DNA of 63,730 nt, the filler included, from Lama guanicoe (lineage: Eukaryota), in the NCBI GenBank assembly GCA_013239625.1. It is 187 parts of 187 records of this genome, joined end to end, with 100 filler letters (N's around TTAATTAATTAA, not from the genome) between each part and the next. Parts side by side here need not be neighbours in the genome. Positions count along the whole stretch, not along the records: positions 1 to 241 come from PNXV01046500.1; positions 342 to 582 come from PNXV01046501.1; positions 683 to 923 come from PNXV01046502.1; positions 1,024 to 1,264 come from PNXV01046503.1; positions 1,365 to 1,605 come from PNXV01046504.1; positions 1,706 to 1,946 come from PNXV01046505.1; positions 2,047 to 2,287 come from PNXV01046506.1; positions 2,388 to 2,628 come from PNXV01046507.1; 179 more parts are not named here. One strand, written 5' to 3'. Below the pieces are notes generated by a model. The model was not told the DNA's origin. It did not search any database and saw only the letters and a list, made by a program, of their open reading frames with translations. This document shows, one piece after another, positions 1 through 12,517 of this stretch (its first letter is position 1; every line of letters begins with the position of its first letter). The position numbers were made by a program, and so were the translations under genes.

Positions 1-22
1 GCGCGGTGTGCCTGGGCACTTA

Positions 23-241
<219 letters not shown>

Positions 242-341
242 NNNNNNNNNNNNNNNNNNNNNNNNNNNNNNNNNNNNNNNNNNNNTTAATTAATTAANNN
301 NNNNNNNNNNNNNNNNNNNNNNNNNNNNNNNNNNNNNNNNN
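242..341. other. Artificial contig linker N44-TTAATTAATTAA-N44 (first of 186 copies, recurring every ~341-342 bp across the window)
   Basis: Identical 100-bp block between every contig, with the 12-mer at 286-297 in this copy. The 12-mer is its own reverse complement and gives TAA in all six frames, as in standard pseudomolecule spacers. Confidence 0.99.
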
Positions 342-582
342 TGTTTAAAGCAAGTCACTAGATCCATCCTACACCAAGGGAACTGATTACACAGCGCATG
401 GAAAGCAGGAAGCAGGGGTCCCTGAGGTCTATCTAGAAAGCTGCTTACTGCAGCAGCTTATACCAGGAAACCCAAATAACAGTAGTTTAAACAAACAGAT
501 TTATTTTTTCCCATGTAGAAGGAATCTGGAGACAGGAACTCAGAACTGGTGTGAGAGCTCTGTGGCAATCAGGGACCTAGGC
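342..582 (-). mobile_element. ERVL-MaLR (MLT1-type) LTR fragments
   Basis: Contains the MLT1-like motifs cccaaataacagtagtttaaacaaacagatttatttt and gaatctggagacagg. Confidence 0.5.
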
Positions 583-1205
583 NNNNNNNNNNNNNNNNNN
601 NNNNNNNNNNNNNNNNNNNNNNNNNNTTAATTAATTAANNNNNNNNNNNNNNNNNNNNNNNNNNNNNNNNNNNNNNNNNNNNAAAAAAAAAATTCTTGAA
701 TCCAAAATTTAAAAATAGCCGACACAATAGATGAATTATGGTTCCTTTCTAGCAATGCTTCCTGGCAGTGTTAATGTGCACTGGCAACGAGGTTATGAGA
801 TGTAATTAACTCCTGGGCCTACACAGTCACTCCCTGAATGTTTCCAAGCTTAATACATTTTAGAAAGAGTGACAGTTGTAATTATGTTGTCAAGCATTTG
901 TCATTTTCTGCTGTAGCAACACCNNNNNNNNNNNNNNNNNNNNNNNNNNNNNNNNNNNNNNNNNNNNTTAATTAATTAANNNNNNNNNNNNNNNNNNNNN
1001 NNNNNNNNNNNNNNNNNNNNNNNCTTACAGCTGACCCCACCAAAGTGCTCACACAACTTGCAAAGAAGTTTTTTCTTCAGCAACATGAAAAGAATCACTA
1101 TGTCATCAAGGCATTTTCAGAAGTGACCTGCCCTGGACCCTAACAATACAAACACATAAATACAGAGATATGCATGTAAACGTATACGCACATGCATCCA
1201 GGAAA

Positions 1206-1264
1206 AGAGAGAGACTGAAACACAGAGAGGCAGAGGCAGAGAGAGAAACAGAGAGAGAGAGAGA
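1206..1264 (+). repeat. (GA)n-rich microsatellite at contig end
   Basis: agagagagac...gagagagagagaga runs into the gap. Confidence 0.9.
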
Positions 1265-1369
1265 NNNNNNNNNNNNNNNNNNNNNNNNNNNNNNNNNNNN
1301 NNNNNNNNTTAATTAATTAANNNNNNNNNNNNNNNNNNNNNNNNNNNNNNNNNNNNNNNNNNNNGATTT

Positions 1370-1560
1370 TATACATATTGGCTCATGTAATCATTATAAT
1401 AACCATTTGAGATCAGTTTTATTAGTACCCTCATTTTACAGATGAGGAAACTGAGGCCCAGGAGGCTGAATTAGGAGTCAGAGTCACACAGTGAGTAAAT
1501 AGCCGCCCAGATTCACACCTGGGCACCAGGTCTCTGAGCTGGACCACTGCACTGCCCTGC
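1370..1560 (-). mobile_element. MIR SINE
   Basis: MIR core cattttacagatgaggaaactgaggc followed by gtcacacag and gattcacacctggg. Confidence 0.85.
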
Positions 1561-1705
1561 CTCTCAGAGATAAACCAGGCACCAGTATGGGGGTAAGAGC
1601 AGTACNNNNNNNNNNNNNNNNNNNNNNNNNNNNNNNNNNNNNNNNNNNNTTAATTAATTAANNNNNNNNNNNNNNNNNNNNNNNNNNNNNNNNNNNNNNN
1701 NNNNN

Positions 1706-1946
1706 TCGACCATCAATACATAACCTTGTTGTATGTGGGTTTCTGTTTAAGTGCGCCTTCTTTAATAGATATGGTTGACTCATTAATGTGTTGGATTCAG
1801 CCAACAGCACTAGGACTCAGGCCTGATCTAAGTGGCCCACACGGCGTTCTTGCTCTCAGGAACTCCACACAGCCCTTCAGTGTGATGCTTGGGGGGCCAT
1901 TCTGAACAGCCCAGTCACTCACACAAAGCACAGATAAGTATAAAAT
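1706..1946 (-). mobile_element. TcMar-Tigger DNA transposon fragment (MER82-like)
   Basis: gccaacagcacta..actcaggcctga, gcttggggggccattctgaacagc and caaagcaca resemble the reverse complement of the recalled MER82 consensus. Confidence 0.55.
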
Positions 1947-3569
1947 NNNNNNNNNNNNNNNNNNNNNNNNNNNNNNNNNNNNNNNNNNNNTTAATTAATT
2001 AANNNNNNNNNNNNNNNNNNNNNNNNNNNNNNNNNNNNNNNNNNNNCTCTCTGCAGTTCAGTTTATTGCCTGTGTTTTTAAATCTGTTTTAGGGTTATAT
2101 TTCAAAAATTCACATGTATAATCACTGATGAGGTTTTGAATTGACTGTTTTCTCTCAGCTCACTCTTTTATGTTATTAAAAAACATAAGGAGAAACTAAT
2201 GTATGGAATTATCTTCTTAAAGAAGAGCTCTGATCGCTTTCTCTCATTCTGAACCACAAAAGGGAAGCAGCCTCCTCAGCCTGGATTNNNNNNNNNNNNN
2301 NNNNNNNNNNNNNNNNNNNNNNNNNNNNNNNTTAATTAATTAANNNNNNNNNNNNNNNNNNNNNNNNNNNNNNNNNNNNNNNNNNNNAGTTGACACGCAC
2401 AAATCTTCAAGGGCTGGTTGCCATCTCAGAACAACTCTATGATGATTCTAGGGGTCTCGATAAAAATAAAAACCTGAATGATCCTTTACCAGATCCCATG
2501 AGGTTTATTTTGAACTATGGTTAAGGCAGACTGTAACTGAAAAACACTGGCACCAAAAGGCAAGGGACCTTAATTCTGGTGTTTGGTCTACTGTTGTCAT
2601 ACACCAAGGTCAAGAAAATATCAAACAANNNNNNNNNNNNNNNNNNNNNNNNNNNNNNNNNNNNNNNNNNNNTTAATTAATTAANNNNNNNNNNNNNNNN
2701 NNNNNNNNNNNNNNNNNNNNNNNNNNNNCCTGGCAAAAAAAAAAAAAAAAAGTGCCTTGCCAACACTGTACATTATCAACCTTTTCCAGTTTGGACAATC
2801 TGAGAGGTCAGATTCTCACCGTTGCTTTAATTTGCCTTCCTTTCATTAGGATTGAGATTGGGTATCTCTCTGCCTCCCCCTCCCAGAACACAAACACATC
2901 CTCACTCACTGGAAAACACATATACAGAAAAAACAAATTTCTACTGTATAGCACAGGGAACTATATTCANNNNNNNNNNNNNNNNNNNNNNNNNNNNNNN
3001 NNNNNNNNNNNNNTTAATTAATTAANNNNNNNNNNNNNNNNNNNNNNNNNNNNNNNNNNNNNNNNNNNNGTGGTCTGAAGTCGGAGGGCTGAGCAGGTCG
3101 TCAGCTTTCCTGTTGCCTACTCTCCCTTTCTGGGAATAGTTACCGTTTTACTCCTGGAGGAAATTTTATTTTTCTCCCAACTTCAGGGCTGCCTGTGACT
3201 GTTAGGGTTTTTTTCAGCTGAGTGGATTATTGCAGAGTAAACATACCTGTGTCATTGCCATTCAGGTCAGGATCAACAAAATAGTTTTATTAACATTTCC
3301 TGATACAGGTNNNNNNNNNNNNNNNNNNNNNNNNNNNNNNNNNNNNNNNNNNNNTTAATTAATTAANNNNNNNNNNNNNNNNNNNNNNNNNNNNNNNNNN
3401 NNNNNNNNNNAAAAAACTAAAATCACATTTTTCTCATCTTTGTTCCTAGAAAGGAACAAAGATGGAACAAACCACCTGCCTTATTTGTAACTAATATTAA
3501 ATACTCTGTAAATGCTCCTGAGTGAAACAGTAAAACAATAAAAAAAAAGGCATAAAACAAAACAAAAAA

Positions 3570-3651
3570 ATACTTTATGCTAAAAAATCATCCAAACCTT
3601 CAGTAGGTCATAATCTTTTTGCTGGCTGATGGTCTTGCCTAGATGCTGATG
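3570..3651 (-). mobile_element. Tigger1 fragment
   Basis: tactttatgctaaaaaa...ccttcagtaggtcataatctttttgctggctgatggtcttgcctagatgctgatg resembles Tigger1. Confidence 0.65.
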
Positions 3652-4135
3652 NNNNNNNNNNNNNNNNNNNNNNNNNNNNNNNNNNNNNNNNNNNNTTAAT
3701 TAATTAANNNNNNNNNNNNNNNNNNNNNNNNNNNNNNNNNNNNNNNNNNNNTAAGTCTCTGCTCTGCTCTGCTATCCATAATCTGTGAATTCTTTAGGGA
3801 TGATCCTCTCAAATAGGAAGAAGGAGCCAGCACTGAAAGCCCCCTGTGTACTGGGAACTTTGCCTCTGTTATCAGATTAAATAGCCGATTGTACTGTTAC
3901 TCTGGTATTACAGGGGAACACATTGAGATCAAGTGAGATTAACTGACTTGTCCGAGGTCATACATCTGGTTAAGTAGCATATTGGGGTTCCCNNNNNNNN
4001 NNNNNNNNNNNNNNNNNNNNNNNNNNNNNNNNNNNNTTAATTAATTAANNNNNNNNNNNNNNNNNNNNNNNNNNNNNNNNNNNNNNNNNNNNAAACAAGA
4101 GTTGCATCACCCCGGTCCTCCCAGTAAGTGCACCA

Positions 4136-4302
4136 GCACGCACGCGCACACACACACACTCACACACACTCACACACGCACACTCACTCACACACACTCA
4201 CACGCACACACACTCACACGCACTCACATGCACACACTCACATGCACACACATTCACACACACACTCACACACGCACACTCACACACACACACTCACTCA
4301 CA
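4136..4302 (+). repeat. Degenerate (CA)n/(CACT) microsatellite
   Basis: About 165 bp of cacacacact-type units. This explains the His/Thr ORFs at 4102 and 4128. Confidence 0.95.
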
Positions 4303-5115
4303 CTAGTTCTTCAGGGATGCTTGATTGCTTATCNNNNNNNNNNNNNNNNNNNNNNNNNNNNNNNNNNNNNNNNNNNNTTAATTAATTAANNNNNNNNNNN
4401 NNNNNNNNNNNNNNNNNNNNNNNNNNNNNNNNNGGCCCAACACGACGCAGGACGTCGGAGGGAGAGGCCAGGGTGTGTGGGGTCGTACTGCCGTACTGAG
4501 GGGTCTGCGTCCCGTCTCATTCCCACATGTAACACAGGCCACTGCAGACCACAGTCTGATCTGAGATCAGCCCCACCTCCCACCGACCCTGAGCACTTCA
4601 CTGAGCGCCGTGCCCTCCAAGAGCGGGTGACCTCCCTAACGCTGCCAGGCCTGAGGCGGCGGATGCGGCGCTGCNNNNNNNNNNNNNNNNNNNNNNNNNN
4701 NNNNNNNNNNNNNNNNNNTTAATTAATTAANNNNNNNNNNNNNNNNNNNNNNNNNNNNNNNNNNNNNNNNNNNNAACAGGAAATATCTATAACTAAATAT
4801 ATAAAGAAGGAACACAACAAGACGGGTAGGAGGTATGGAGTCTCGGTATAGTCAAAACCCATACCCCCGGGTGCATGACCCACAAAACAGGGGACAATTA
4901 TGATTGCAGAAGTGAGTGGTCAGATCCTGGGGAGTCCTGTACCAGGTGGATGAACCCCTAGAATGGTGGGCTTTGAAGGCCAACAGGGCTCACTTTTGGG
5001 AGAGCCAGAGGGCTGNNNNNNNNNNNNNNNNNNNNNNNNNNNNNNNNNNNNNNNNNNNNTTAATTAATTAANNNNNNNNNNNNNNNNNNNNNNNNNNNNN
5101 NNNNNNNNNNNNNNN

Positions 5116-5225
5116 TAGTGTCAGGATTGAATTGTAGACACCCAATTGGCTTTGGAGAAGTTGGAGAATTGGTTGGTGTGGGGAAAACCCCCCACATATT
5201 TGGTGTCAGAAGTTTTGTGAGTAAA
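5116..5225 (+). mobile_element. MER21-like ERV LTR fragment
   Basis: gtgtcaggattgaattg...ggaaaacccccacatatttggtgtcagaagt. Confidence 0.6.
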
Positions 5226-5797
5226 AACAGTTTAGAACCTCCAGAAAGAACACCAAGGTAAAGCTGTAATATCACTTTCAAGTAAATATGTTTTTAAGAA
5301 ATTTGGAGTCTATCAATTTGGAATTTGTGATTTTTTTGGAAAATTTAGGATAATTTNNNNNNNNNNNNNNNNNNNNNNNNNNNNNNNNNNNNNNNNNNNN
5401 TTAATTAATTAANNNNNNNNNNNNNNNNNNNNNNNNNNNNNNNNNNNNNNNNNNNNCTATATTTTAGAGGTCAGGGTGTTAGGTAATTTCATATCCCTAG
5501 TTATTTTTTCTGGGTTCCTCATTTCACATGGTGTACTTGTTACCATGTCTTGCTGCATGTGGGTAGATAACACTCATCATGATCAACTGTTACAGATAGC
5601 CAGGGACATGCACCAAAGGGCATATAATATCACTCTAGTTACTAAACTGATTAAACAAACATACTCCTTTTGTTTGATCTATTTTCCTGGATGTCTTNNN
5701 NNNNNNNNNNNNNNNNNNNNNNNNNNNNNNNNNNNNNNNNNTTAATTAATTAANNNNNNNNNNNNNNNNNNNNNNNNNNNNNNNNNNNNNNNNNNNN

Positions 5798-6038
5798 CAG
5801 GTCCCCTCCAGCATCTTTGCGGGGACTGCAGCCTTTGTGTGCGAGGATGGGTGAGGACCCTCCTGGATGAGGACAGAGGGGTCCGACCACCCCGCAACAG
5901 AGGGTCCCTAAGAATGCAAATCGGCCCCGCGTGGGAATCCTGGGGGCCCCCGGATGGGGCTGTCAGGCTGAACAGTCCCCGGCCCCCACCTCCTCAGTGA
6001 ACTCGGGGAGTCAGAGGCTAGGTCTGAGAGACGCAGTC
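5798..6038 (+). other. Possible MAGE-A/B-type 5' non-coding repeat unit
   Basis: Motifs gtgaggaccctcc, acagaggggtcc, ggctgtcaggctga and ggtctgag resemble the repeated upstream units of X-linked MAGE genes. Recalled resemblance only. Confidence 0.3.
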
Positions 6039-6479
6039 NNNNNNNNNNNNNNNNNNNNNNNNNNNNNNNNNNNNNNNNNNNNTTAATTAATTAANNNNNN
6101 NNNNNNNNNNNNNNNNNNNNNNNNNNNNNNNNNNNNNNAGACTAGAGTTGACTGGAGTGATGGAAGAGGTTCAAAAGAATAACAATGCCTAATTTTAAAG
6201 AAACTGTGGCTTTCATAATTAATATTGAACAATATCTATTCAAGAATCTTGCATTAACAGCCAGTAAATCTGTATCAAACAAGCACCATCTTGCACATTA
6301 ATTCATACTTTGAGTTTCTCATTTACTATAGTTCAAGGAACAATTTAGTTCCTACCTCTCCGTGAAGCTTTTTTTTTTTNNNNNNNNNNNNNNNNNNNNN
6401 NNNNNNNNNNNNNNNNNNNNNNNTTAATTAATTAANNNNNNNNNNNNNNNNNNNNNNNNNNNNNNNNNNNNNNNNNNNN

Positions 6480-6720
6480 GCGCCTGTAACCATGGCAACG
6501 CCGCGGGGCCCTCCCCTAGCGCTTGCGTTGTTCGTCCTCCTGAGTCTAGATGTGCGAGGGCAGAACATGCAGAGCCAATGGGAGCCAGGGCGCTGCCAGG
6601 ACAGGGGTGGGGGAGCTTATGGGACAGATGGGCGGGGCCGCGGCGGGCAGGGCCGCGCGGACGTTCTCACTTGCAGGTGGCGCCGGCCGGAGGCTGGGGC
6701 GTTGCTGCCACCAGTGGGCG
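6480..6720. promoter_or_regulatory. CpG-island promoter fragment with RFX X-box, CCAAT box and GC box
   Basis: GTAACCATGGCAAC at 6486-6499 fits GTNRCC-N2-RGYAAC. CCAAT at 6575-6579 lies in AGCCAATGG context, GGGCGGGGC is at 6630-6638, and CpG density is high. Confidence 0.65.
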
Positions 6721-6820
6721 NNNNNNNNNNNNNNNNNNNNNNNNNNNNNNNNNNNNNNNNNNNNTTAATTAATTAANNNNNNNNNNNNNNNNNNNNNNNN
6801 NNNNNNNNNNNNNNNNNNNN

Positions 6821-7061
6821 ATTTGAATGTAGAATACAGATTACAGTACACAGAATTTAGATATGCTATAGAGAACACCGAATTTAGAAGCGTGGATACA
6901 GAATACATATTATATTATGTATCATACAGAATGATTAACCCCGAATATTGAATATAGAATACAGAATGAAGAACAAAGAATTTAGAACGCGGAATTCATA
7001 ACGCAGAGATTGGAATTTAGAATACGGTATTAAGAATATAGAATTTAGAATAGAGAATGTA
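6821..7061 (+). repeat. Degenerate ~7-bp AGAAT(A/T)(C/T) low-complexity tandem repeat
   Basis: Repeated agaatac/agaattt/agaatat units fill the whole contig. Confidence 0.8.
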
Positions 7062-8886
7062 NNNNNNNNNNNNNNNNNNNNNNNNNNNNNNNNNNNNNNN
7101 NNNNNTTAATTAATTAANNNNNNNNNNNNNNNNNNNNNNNNNNNNNNNNNNNNNNNNNNNNTAATCCTTTGCTAGTCCTGGGAAGGTTATTAGGTCTACT
7201 CACAAATCTTCCAGTATTCTTCTTTGGCACATAATTAATTGCATCTCCTGGACCCTTTGTTGAAATGTATGATATTATTTTTAAAGCTTAATACTGCCGT
7301 ATCTTGCAAACTATCAGTTACATTCATTAAAGACATGTTTTAAAATGTTCATCCTTACTGTTCATAGTAGTCAAATATTCACTGGCTGGATAACAGATAA
7401 ACNNNNNNNNNNNNNNNNNNNNNNNNNNNNNNNNNNNNNNNNNNNNTTAATTAATTAANNNNNNNNNNNNNNNNNNNNNNNNNNNNNNNNNNNNNNNNNN
7501 NNCTCTAATATGAATACTTCAGTAGAATAAATGAAAACATTATAAAATGTTATTAAATGTTTTATTTCAACAAGCTAATGAGTGTTAAATGCTTAATGTA
7601 TTCTATTTTACTACTCTTATCAGGTAGAATGTTGCAAAAAGAACGAGTTTTGTCACAGGCATGAATAAAAAGAATATTTATAATCAAAATGTTAAAAGTT
7701 ACAAACAGCAATTTTTAAAATTGATACTTTATATTGACACGTANNNNNNNNNNNNNNNNNNNNNNNNNNNNNNNNNNNNNNNNNNNNTTAATTAATTAAN
7801 NNNNNNNNNNNNNNNNNNNNNNNNNNNNNNNNNNNNNNNNNNNTATGGCCACATCCATCTGTGTCAGTCTCAACCCCTACCCAAATCCCATTACAATTCC
7901 CCTATATATTACCTTCCTCCTACTCAGAACTCCTCACCCCAAATACATTTTATAAGAACAACCCCAAATATTGCCTCACCATGAAGATTACCCCAGGTCC
8001 CACAAGATCAAGAAATTGTGGCCTCTACAGCAACTATCCTGTTCTTTCCATAGAACTCTAGCCTAGCACTTACCACATTAGGCTNNNNNNNNNNNNNNNN
8101 NNNNNNNNNNNNNNNNNNNNNNNNNNNNTTAATTAATTAANNNNNNNNNNNNNNNNNNNNNNNNNNNNNNNNNNNNNNNNNNNNTTTTATCTCACAGTGT
8201 TCCAAACCCATAGCAGTATGTTAATACAGCTTCGGTGATGAACTATCGTATATTTGAGGCCACTGAGATTGAAAATACTACGTGACCGGCATGGCAGGCA
8301 GTGGTTTGGGAAGTATGGGCATTGCTTTTGTAGTCTTGTGACAGAAGCACTGACTTCTAGTCTTTCAGCTTTTTACTAGTGCTTGAGGGAGGCAGATTCT
8401 CCACTTTCTCATTCTCCCCTGCATTNNNNNNNNNNNNNNNNNNNNNNNNNNNNNNNNNNNNNNNNNNNNTTAATTAATTAANNNNNNNNNNNNNNNNNNN
8501 NNNNNNNNNNNNNNNNNNNNNNNNNAGATCCATGAATGGGAAAGAGAAATTGGAAAAGAAATCCCCATCACCTGCGAAGAAATCAGTGGAAACAAAAAGA
8601 AGTGGCCAGTCCTGAGTGAATGTGTTGAGGGTGTGACCACCTATTCACACAGAGAGACGTTAACATTTCCCTCATGAGGAAGGAGCATGGGAAGCAAATG
8701 AAGAATCACCCCTGTCACCAGTGTGAAAAATCTTTCAGCTCATCCCTCAGCCTCTGCCATCACAACNNNNNNNNNNNNNNNNNNNNNNNNNNNNNNNNNN
8801 NNNNNNNNNNTTAATTAATTAANNNNNNNNNNNNNNNNNNNNNNNNNNNNNNNNNNNNNNNNNNNNGACCCAGAGCCCTCCTCAAA

Positions 8887-9107
8887 CCAGGCCCCCGCGA
8901 CCACTATCCCAAACCGCGCCCCAGGCCATGCCCCCGCGACCACTGGCCAAACCACGCCCAAAGCCAGGATCCCGTAGTAACTGACCCAAAGGGCTCCCCA
9001 GGCCAGGCCCCCGCGACCACTTGCCCAAACCGTGCCCCATGCTAGGCCCTCGTGACCTCTGGCCCAAACCGCTCCCCAGACCAGGCCTCCGCGACCACTG
9101 GCCCAAA
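8887..9107 (+). repeat. 39-bp GC-rich minisatellite, ~6 copies
   Basis: Unit starts (CCAGGCCCCCGCGACCACTGGCCCAAACC...) at 8887, 8926, 8964, 9003, 9042 and 9081. Confidence 0.9.
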
Positions 9108-10230
9108 NNNNNNNNNNNNNNNNNNNNNNNNNNNNNNNNNNNNNNNNNNNNTTAATTAATTAANNNNNNNNNNNNNNNNNNNNNNNNNNNNNNNNNNNNN
9201 NNNNNNNTCTATTCTTGGTACCCTGTATATTGATACAGATCTAGAATGATTCTTACAAGACTAGGAAGATAACTTCAACACTTTGCTCAAAAATCCCTAA
9301 CACCTCACTGAAGTGAATGCTATGGGGTGTCCTTCAGAAGATCTAGCCTCAGAAAAAGAACACTAATTGCCCCAGCTGCTGGGAGAACAGGCTGCTAAGA
9401 GCGTATAGGTGAGTCTCCTTTCAGCAATTACCCTTGGCCAAAGGAAGCNNNNNNNNNNNNNNNNNNNNNNNNNNNNNNNNNNNNNNNNNNNNTTAATTAA
9501 TTAANNNNNNNNNNNNNNNNNNNNNNNNNNNNNNNNNNNNNNNNNNNNTAGTCAACGAGACAGTGGTTTGGAAATCCTGCTGATGCAAACAGCCCATGAG
9601 TCAGTCAGGGGAGATCATCAAGAAATGACTGCAAGAGTATCTGGCACTAAAAGGAGCCTCAGACACTCCCATCCATTCTCATACAGTTCCAGACAAATCT
9701 CATTAACTCTACACAAGAGACTGGCATGAAATTTACATTTTCTTCCCAGTCAAGGCCTTTCTCACCAACAATGACGTGGAATTTTTTTTNNNNNNNNNNN
9801 NNNNNNNNNNNNNNNNNNNNNNNNNNNNNNNNNTTAATTAATTAANNNNNNNNNNNNNNNNNNNNNNNNNNNNNNNNNNNNNNNNNNNNATATGGCGGCT
9901 GTGCCTGAGCCCCGCCTCTCTTCCCCCGAAAACTTTCCCTGGGTTTTCAGAGATGGGGGTATGCACTCTTCCCCCCAGGGCACATCAGCCCTGTTGTTTT
10001 ATAGAGGGCCCAGGTTGTTTTGCCCTGTGCACCCACAGCCATGGCGTGCAGCCCTCTGCAGTTCCCCAGGGCTGCCTCAGTTCAGCCGTCCCCATCCTCT
10101 ACCCATCTCTGGCAGCCTGGACCTGCCCGCNNNNNNNNNNNNNNNNNNNNNNNNNNNNNNNNNNNNNNNNNNNNTTAATTAATTAANNNNNNNNNNNNNN
10201 NNNNNNNNNNNNNNNNNNNNNNNNNNNNNN

Positions 10231-10471
10231 AACAAGACACAGAAAAGAGCTAACGATAAAAAAAAATTGATTAGCTGGATTATGTTAAAATTAAGAATTT
10301 CTATTCATCAAAAGATACTATTAAGACAGTGAAGACAACCCATAACGTGAGAAAAGATACTTGCTATATATCTGACAACACACCCATGTTTCTAATATAA
10401 AGGATTTTCTATAAATCATTAGCAAAAAGACAATCCAACAGAAACATGGAAAGAATCTGAACAAGCACACC
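10231..10471 (+). mobile_element. Old L1 fragment, 3' part of ORF2
   Basis: aaaattaagaatttctattcatcaaaagatactattaaga...gaaaagatacttgc is typical of the L1M ORF2 3' region. Confidence 0.8.
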
Positions 10472-10912
10472 NNNNNNNNNNNNNNNNNNNNNNNNNNNNN
10501 NNNNNNNNNNNNNNNTTAATTAATTAANNNNNNNNNNNNNNNNNNNNNNNNNNNNNNNNNNNNNNNNNNNNTAAAGTTTGTGTCATGCACATGGCTCAAC
10601 CACAGAAGAAAACATACCCCAGTTAATTTAGGCAATATATCTCTCCCTTTCTCTTCTTCAAATGACACATTTCTCACTCTCTCCCAACACCTTGTTTGTT
10701 ATTTTTTCTCTCCAATCAAATGCAAACAATTAGAAGAAGAATCTAACCTTAAAGAGCTAATTGAGTAATATTTTTTTAAAAACTCAAATCCACTCTTTTT
10801 ACCCTGTTCCTANNNNNNNNNNNNNNNNNNNNNNNNNNNNNNNNNNNNNNNNNNNNTTAATTAATTAANNNNNNNNNNNNNNNNNNNNNNNNNNNNNNNN
10901 NNNNNNNNNNNN

Positions 10913-11089
<177 letters not shown>

Positions 11090-12276
11090 GCTCAGCAGGC
11101 CCAGGGCCCCCCTGGCCTGGAGGCAGTTAGAGGCCAGGCCAGGCAGCCACCTCNNNNNNNNNNNNNNNNNNNNNNNNNNNNNNNNNNNNNNNNNNNNTTA
11201 ATTAATTAANNNNNNNNNNNNNNNNNNNNNNNNNNNNNNNNNNNNNNNNNNNNCCGACTCCAGACCTCACACTCTTCTCTTACACTCCTCCGTAATACTC
11301 ACAAATCCTTTCATTATGGTACCTCCACATTAGGAACAGCCTACATATTCCACAGAAGGGGTGCCCATTCAGTAGAATGAGAAAATCAATAAAAGTTGTA
11401 AAGTTACCTTAAATGATGCTGGAAATTGCTGGTAGCATTATTTTTAGAAGGAAAAAAACCCCAGGATACCAAATCATATACACAGCATGAGCAANNNNNN
11501 NNNNNNNNNNNNNNNNNNNNNNNNNNNNNNNNNNNNNNTTAATTAATTAANNNNNNNNNNNNNNNNNNNNNNNNNNNNNNNNNNNNNNNNNNNNAGACCA
11601 TCAAAGAATTTGAGGGTATATTTTAAAACAACCATATACTACATGCTTTCCTGTCTCTACTAGCCTTTTGCTTTTTAGCTCAGATAATTTTACTTTAGTA
11701 AATTTCCAGATAATTTTACTTTATTTATTTATTTTTTTTTTTTACTTTAGTAAATTTCTCATGAGGGATCTCCTGGCTGTCACCACGAGAGGGGTTTAAC
11801 ACTCTGGGCATTCTCTTGTCACCACTGGGAAACTANNNNNNNNNNNNNNNNNNNNNNNNNNNNNNNNNNNNNNNNNNNNTTAATTAATTAANNNNNNNNN
11901 NNNNNNNNNNNNNNNNNNNNNNNNNNNNNNNNNNNGCGACGCCAATGCTTGATGTGGGCAGCTGAGCTGAACTTGGGACATCAGCAGAGGGGCACAGGAC
12001 ACTTTCCAAAAGGGGTCACAACACTTATCTCCCAATCAAGAGGTGGGAACTCCATCCTCACCCCTGTAATCTGGTTTCTCTTCAGTTGTATAAATATTTC
12101 TCACCTTTCACATCCTTACCCGGGAATCCAAACCTGCCTTTACAACGGCCTCCCTTGGCTGATAAATTGCAGCGGANNNNNNNNNNNNNNNNNNNNNNNN
12201 NNNNNNNNNNNNNNNNNNNNTTAATTAATTAANNNNNNNNNNNNNNNNNNNNNNNNNNNNNNNNNNNNNNNNNNNN

Positions 12277-12517
12277 ATATTTCTACCAACATTCTGTTCA
12301 AGATTACTTAGGTATTCTCTGAGAAGATTGAGACTTACTCTACAACTCTGTTTTCTTTCTGAGCTTTCAACAGAATTGCCCCTGTGGGTCCAATGACAGC
12401 AGTGGACTTTTTCTGACATGCATTTCAAAACGCTTCTAGGCGTTATCCATCACCCAGTGCTAAAGCTGCTGCCCCTTTTTAAGGTATTTGTTACAGCAAT
12501 TCCCCACTTCTCAGCAC
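12277..12517. mobile_element. ERVL-MaLR fragment
   Basis: ggtatttgttacagcaattccccacttctcagcac and cagaattgccc motifs are typical of MLT1/MST elements. Confidence 0.55.

Noticed and set aside
4102..4389. His/Thr-rich ORFs resembling metal-binding proteins
   Set aside because: They are translations of a (CA)n microsatellite.
6492..6776. Signal-peptide-like ORF MATPRGPPLALALFVLLSLDVRG
   Set aside because: The ATG is the centre of an X-box, promoter motifs lie downstream, no donor follows the putative signal peptide, and no family was recognised. Not fully excluded.
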